This document shows, in pieces, positions 47,508 through 49,670 of a stretch of 49,670 bases of DNA (its first letter is position 1; each line of letters opens with the position of its first letter). Where the stretch lies: positions 1 through 49,670 of the IMG/VR virus record IMGVR_UViG_3300020042_002446; one strand, given 5' to 3'. The notes below the pieces were generated by a model that saw only the letters and a program-made list of their open reading frames with translations, was not told the origin of the DNA and did no database searches. This DNA comes from a virus (Duplodnaviria; Caudoviricetes). The translations under genes were made by a program, and so were the position numbers.

Positions 47508-47535
47508 AGTATACAGATATAGTTGCTAGTGTCAA
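47508..47535 (-). promoter_or_regulatory. Near-consensus sigma70 promoter
   Basis: TTGACA-N16-TATACT on - strand. Confidence 0.75.
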
Positions 47536-48197
47536 GTCTTAGACATTAATTCTTGTATTGCTTCGACTTGATCTAGTAGTTTCGCCCGTAATGCAGCGTC
47601 CTTCCTCACTTCTTTGGGAGTGTAGCTTGTGGCTAACTCGTTTAAAGACTCGATAACCTCTTGAATTATTGAGTCAGGGTCAAGCTCGTTTAACAGGTTA
47701 AACAAAGTGCAGTCCTCCACTACCGTATTGAAAATCGTGTCGTGGAACTTCCTTACCTTGACTACCCCGCCCGTATGCACAACCTTTAGCTTGTCGTGCA
47801 ACTTCTCTAGCACAGCGTCAATCTTGTACGTCAGATCACACCGTGCGTTAAACACTCTCCACTCCTCGTTTCTAATAAAGTGTGGGCGAATGTCGTTATC
47901 GTAGAACGCTTGGCTGTTAGGGTATGGCATATAGCGCACGTATATCCCCGCTAGTATCATGCCCATCTCCATCGCTAACTTACGAAACCGTACAGATACC
48001 TCATCCATCACAGGGTGAAAGTCTTTGAACAAACAGACAGGCATAGCCTGCACCCCATCTGTCCCCCATGCAAGCGTGTGCTTATAGAAGTAGCCCCTTG
48101 CCTCAGATGCTATCGCTACTAGCTCTTTCATGCGAGGGTGCTTGAAGCTACGGTTATACGACACCGATAGCTCGACTAACATAAAGTTTCGGTTCAT
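47532..48197 (-). CDS. Hypothetical protein (possibly DUF3150-like)
   Basis: MLVELSVS..AR..FY..TLAW...G..MP pattern; family call tentative. Confidence 0.6.
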   Translation of the reverse strand: MNRNFMLVELSVSYNRSFKHPRMKELVAIASEARGYFYKHTLAWGTDGVQAMPVCLFKDFHPVMDEVSVRFRKLAMEMGMILAGIYVRYMPYPNSQAFYDNDIRPHFIRNEEWRVFNARCDLTYKIDAVLEKLHDKLKVVHTGGVVKVRKFHDTIFNTVVEDCTLFNLLNELDPDSIIQEVIESLNELATSYTPKEVRKDAALRAKLLDQVEAIQELMSKT

Positions 48198-48463
48198 GTT
48201 TTCATCTCCCTGATTTTAGTGACGGCATACTTCAGCCCGTGATACAACTCTTCCTGCGTAGCTGCACCGATCATGCCGTCCTTGTGAATTAAATCCCACG
48301 CTTGCATCACCACACGGTTAACCTCACCCTGTAATACAAAGCTACGTAAGTGTGAGAACACCAACAACTCCATCTGCTGCAATCGCTCGATGAGTTCACG
48401 CTTGTCCATCATGTACAGTACGCTCTGCTCATCGCCAAAGTCTAGTTCGATTTGTTCAGGCAT
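48194..48463 (-). CDS. Hypothetical protein
   Basis: GGGAG RBS; coupled overlaps. Confidence 0.65.
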   Translation of the reverse strand: MPEQIELDFGDEQSVLYMMDKRELIERLQQMELLVFSHLRSFVLQGEVNRVVMQAWDLIHKDGMIGAATQEELYHGLKYAVTKIREMKT

Positions 48464-48746
48464 CTGTATCTCCCGCTAAGTTGACCATGACCTTGCGTGT
48501 TTCACGAGCAGCTACCGCACCGTCATACGCTTCATTCAATTCATTAACTACGTGATTGAAGAACCCTTGCTTGTCCAACACCATCTCTTCACCTTCCATT
48601 GTGCTCGTGACCATAGTCATGAAGCCTGCCATGCGTATCAATGCAATCACTGCTGCCGCAGGGTCAATACCATCTTCGATACACACGAGCTTTAGCTTGT
48701 CCATGATTGCCATGATCTGCTCTCTGTAATGTTGTTCTTGATCCAT
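48456..48746 (-). CDS. Hypothetical protein
   Basis: AGGAG RBS. Confidence 0.65.
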   Translation of the reverse strand: MDQEQHYREQIMAIMDKLKLVCIEDGIDPAAAVIALIRMAGFMTMVTSTMEGEEMVLDKQGFFNHVVNELNEAYDGAVAARETRKVMVNLAGDTDA

Positions 48747-48748
48747 GA

Positions 48749-48964
48749 TTACTCTCCTGTATGGCTACGGTTTTCTTTGATGGTGACAGCCTTGACCTCG
48801 ACATCAGCTACGATCTCGTAGTCACATGACATGGCACTATCGCCTGCTGTTACAGTTTGAATCTGCGATACAGCAACCATCGCAGCCTCGATACTCTCAG
48901 CTTCCACTACACGGTACGTATGCACTTCGCATAACACTACGTGTTTAACTTTGTATTGTTTCAT
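48749..48964 (-). CDS. Hypothetical protein
   Basis: AAGGAGG RBS; MKQYKV..VEAESIEAA. Confidence 0.7.
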   Translation of the reverse strand: MKQYKVKHVVLCEVHTYRVVEAESIEAAMVAVSQIQTVTAGDSAMSCDYEIVADVEVKAVTIKENRSHTGE

Positions 48965-49137
48965 ACTAATTCCTCCTTCTCTTGTAAGTCGAACGTATAT
49001 AAAAATACTCCGTAGTCATAACCTTCTTTGTATGCCTGATAATATTCTGTTGCTTGTTCAGGGTTATACGGGTTGTTGTAGTCACCGATGTTGAATCCAT
49101 CGAGCACACCATGTGCGTATGCTTTACGTGAGTCCAT
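48961..49137 (-). CDS. Rmf/CrpP-fold-like small protein (58 aa, not in ORF track)
   Basis: AAGGAG RBS; AYAHGVLDG..NPY..YQAYKEGYDYG; ATGA coupling to next gene. Confidence 0.65.
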   Translation of the reverse strand: MDSRKAYAHGVLDGFNIGDYNNPYNPEQATEYYQAYKEGYDYGVFLYTFDLQEKEELV

Positions 49138-49155
49138 CTTGCTTCTCCTTTAAAA

Positions 49156-49180
49156 ACTCAGTTACACCATGTAACTGAGT
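49156..49180. promoter_or_regulatory. Perfect 11-bp inverted repeat (operator or hairpin)
   Basis: ACTCAGTTACA-CCA-TGTAACTGAGT, intergenic. Confidence 0.7.
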
Positions 49181-49189
49181 CACACACAA

Positions 49190-49669
49190 TTAGATAAGGC
49201 TACCTTCGTTGACACTACCACCCTCGAACAAGTCACCGATCAGTAACGCTGCTTCCTCTGGATCAATGTTGACTAGCTCTAGCATCTCTTGCGGATACGT
49301 CTCACCGTACCACTCAAGCAATAAGAACTCTGCTTTCTCTGGCGCAGTAATGACCCAATCAACTAGCTGCGATGAGCCACGCTTGTAGCAGTTATACGCA
49401 GCACGCATTACCTTGTCGTAGTTGAACTTCTTGTCAGACTTAATGCGTACCTCACCGACAGGGGCATCCCAACCTAGTGCCTTGCTTGAATGCTTAGTGC
49501 TGTACGAACCATACGCTGCACCCTCTGTATCGAAGTCATCATACGCAGAGGTGTAATACTTTGTTGCTGTTGCAGTTGTGCCGTACTTGTAACCATGACC
49601 ATGCTTGTGTGCTGACCACGCATACGTATTAGATAGCCATGCACCTTGATGCGTCACACCTGCGTGCTT
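49190..49669 (-). CDS. Partial gene (5' end outside window), possibly C-terminal part of a class II glutamine amidotransferase-like protein
   Basis: Frame open to the window edge; G.....W.SN motif (GVTHQGAWLSNTY). Confidence 0.45.
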   Translation of the reverse strand, partial: KHAGVTHQGAWLSNTYAWSAHKHGHGYKYGTTATATKYYTSAYDDFDTEGAAYGSYSTKHSSKALGWDAPVGEVRIKSDKKFNYDKVMRAAYNCYKRGSSQLVDWVITAPEKAEFLLLEWYGETYPQEMLELVNIDPEEAALLIGDLFEGGSVNEGSLI

Positions 49670-49670
49670 G

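Larger units (their letters stand above)
1..49670. mobile_element. Tailed dsDNA bacteriophage genome segment (podovirus-like), late arm on + and early/replication arm on -
   Basis: Dense co-oriented ORFs with TAATG/ATGA overlaps; lysozyme, fibre, PolA, primase-helicase and VRR-NUC motifs; no host housekeeping genes; no integrase seen. Confidence 0.97.

Noticed and set aside
1-49670. tRNA or rRNA genes
   Set aside because: No cloverleaf or T-loop signature seen in the few intergenic gaps; tRNAscan not run

Overview
About 50 kb of a lytic-looking tailed dsDNA phage with podovirus-type organisation (no tape-measure gene; nozzle, adaptor and ejection-protein genes present), in standard genetic code, with two convergent arms. 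The + strand (1-33675) is the late/virion arm: small Lys-rich proteins, two adaptor-like proteins, repeat-rich fibre proteins, a lysis cassette (3-TM holin-like and GH24 lysozyme), a 2OG-Fe(II) oxygenase, a nozzle, then an ejection-protein block ending in a 2717-aa polyvalent-type protein. The - strand (33650-49670) is the early/replication arm: primase-helicase, HTH regulator, SSB-like protein, SNF2 helicase, HNH, PD-(D/E)XK exonuclease, family A DNA polymerase, VRR-NUC, methyltransferase, glycosyltransferase and many small ORFs. Capsid, portal and terminase are not in the window. The most interesting signal is a short [YFM]-x-x-G-G peptide tag repeated about 14 times across otherwise unrelated small basic proteins and ejection proteins, a candidate capsid-loading or maturation-cleavage system. 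Other notable signals: a -1 frameshift in an ejection gene, nested domain insertions in tail proteins, a CCAACCAC leader motif before four early genes and an unannotated Rmf-like ORF. All family calls come from motif recognition by eye; no database search was run.
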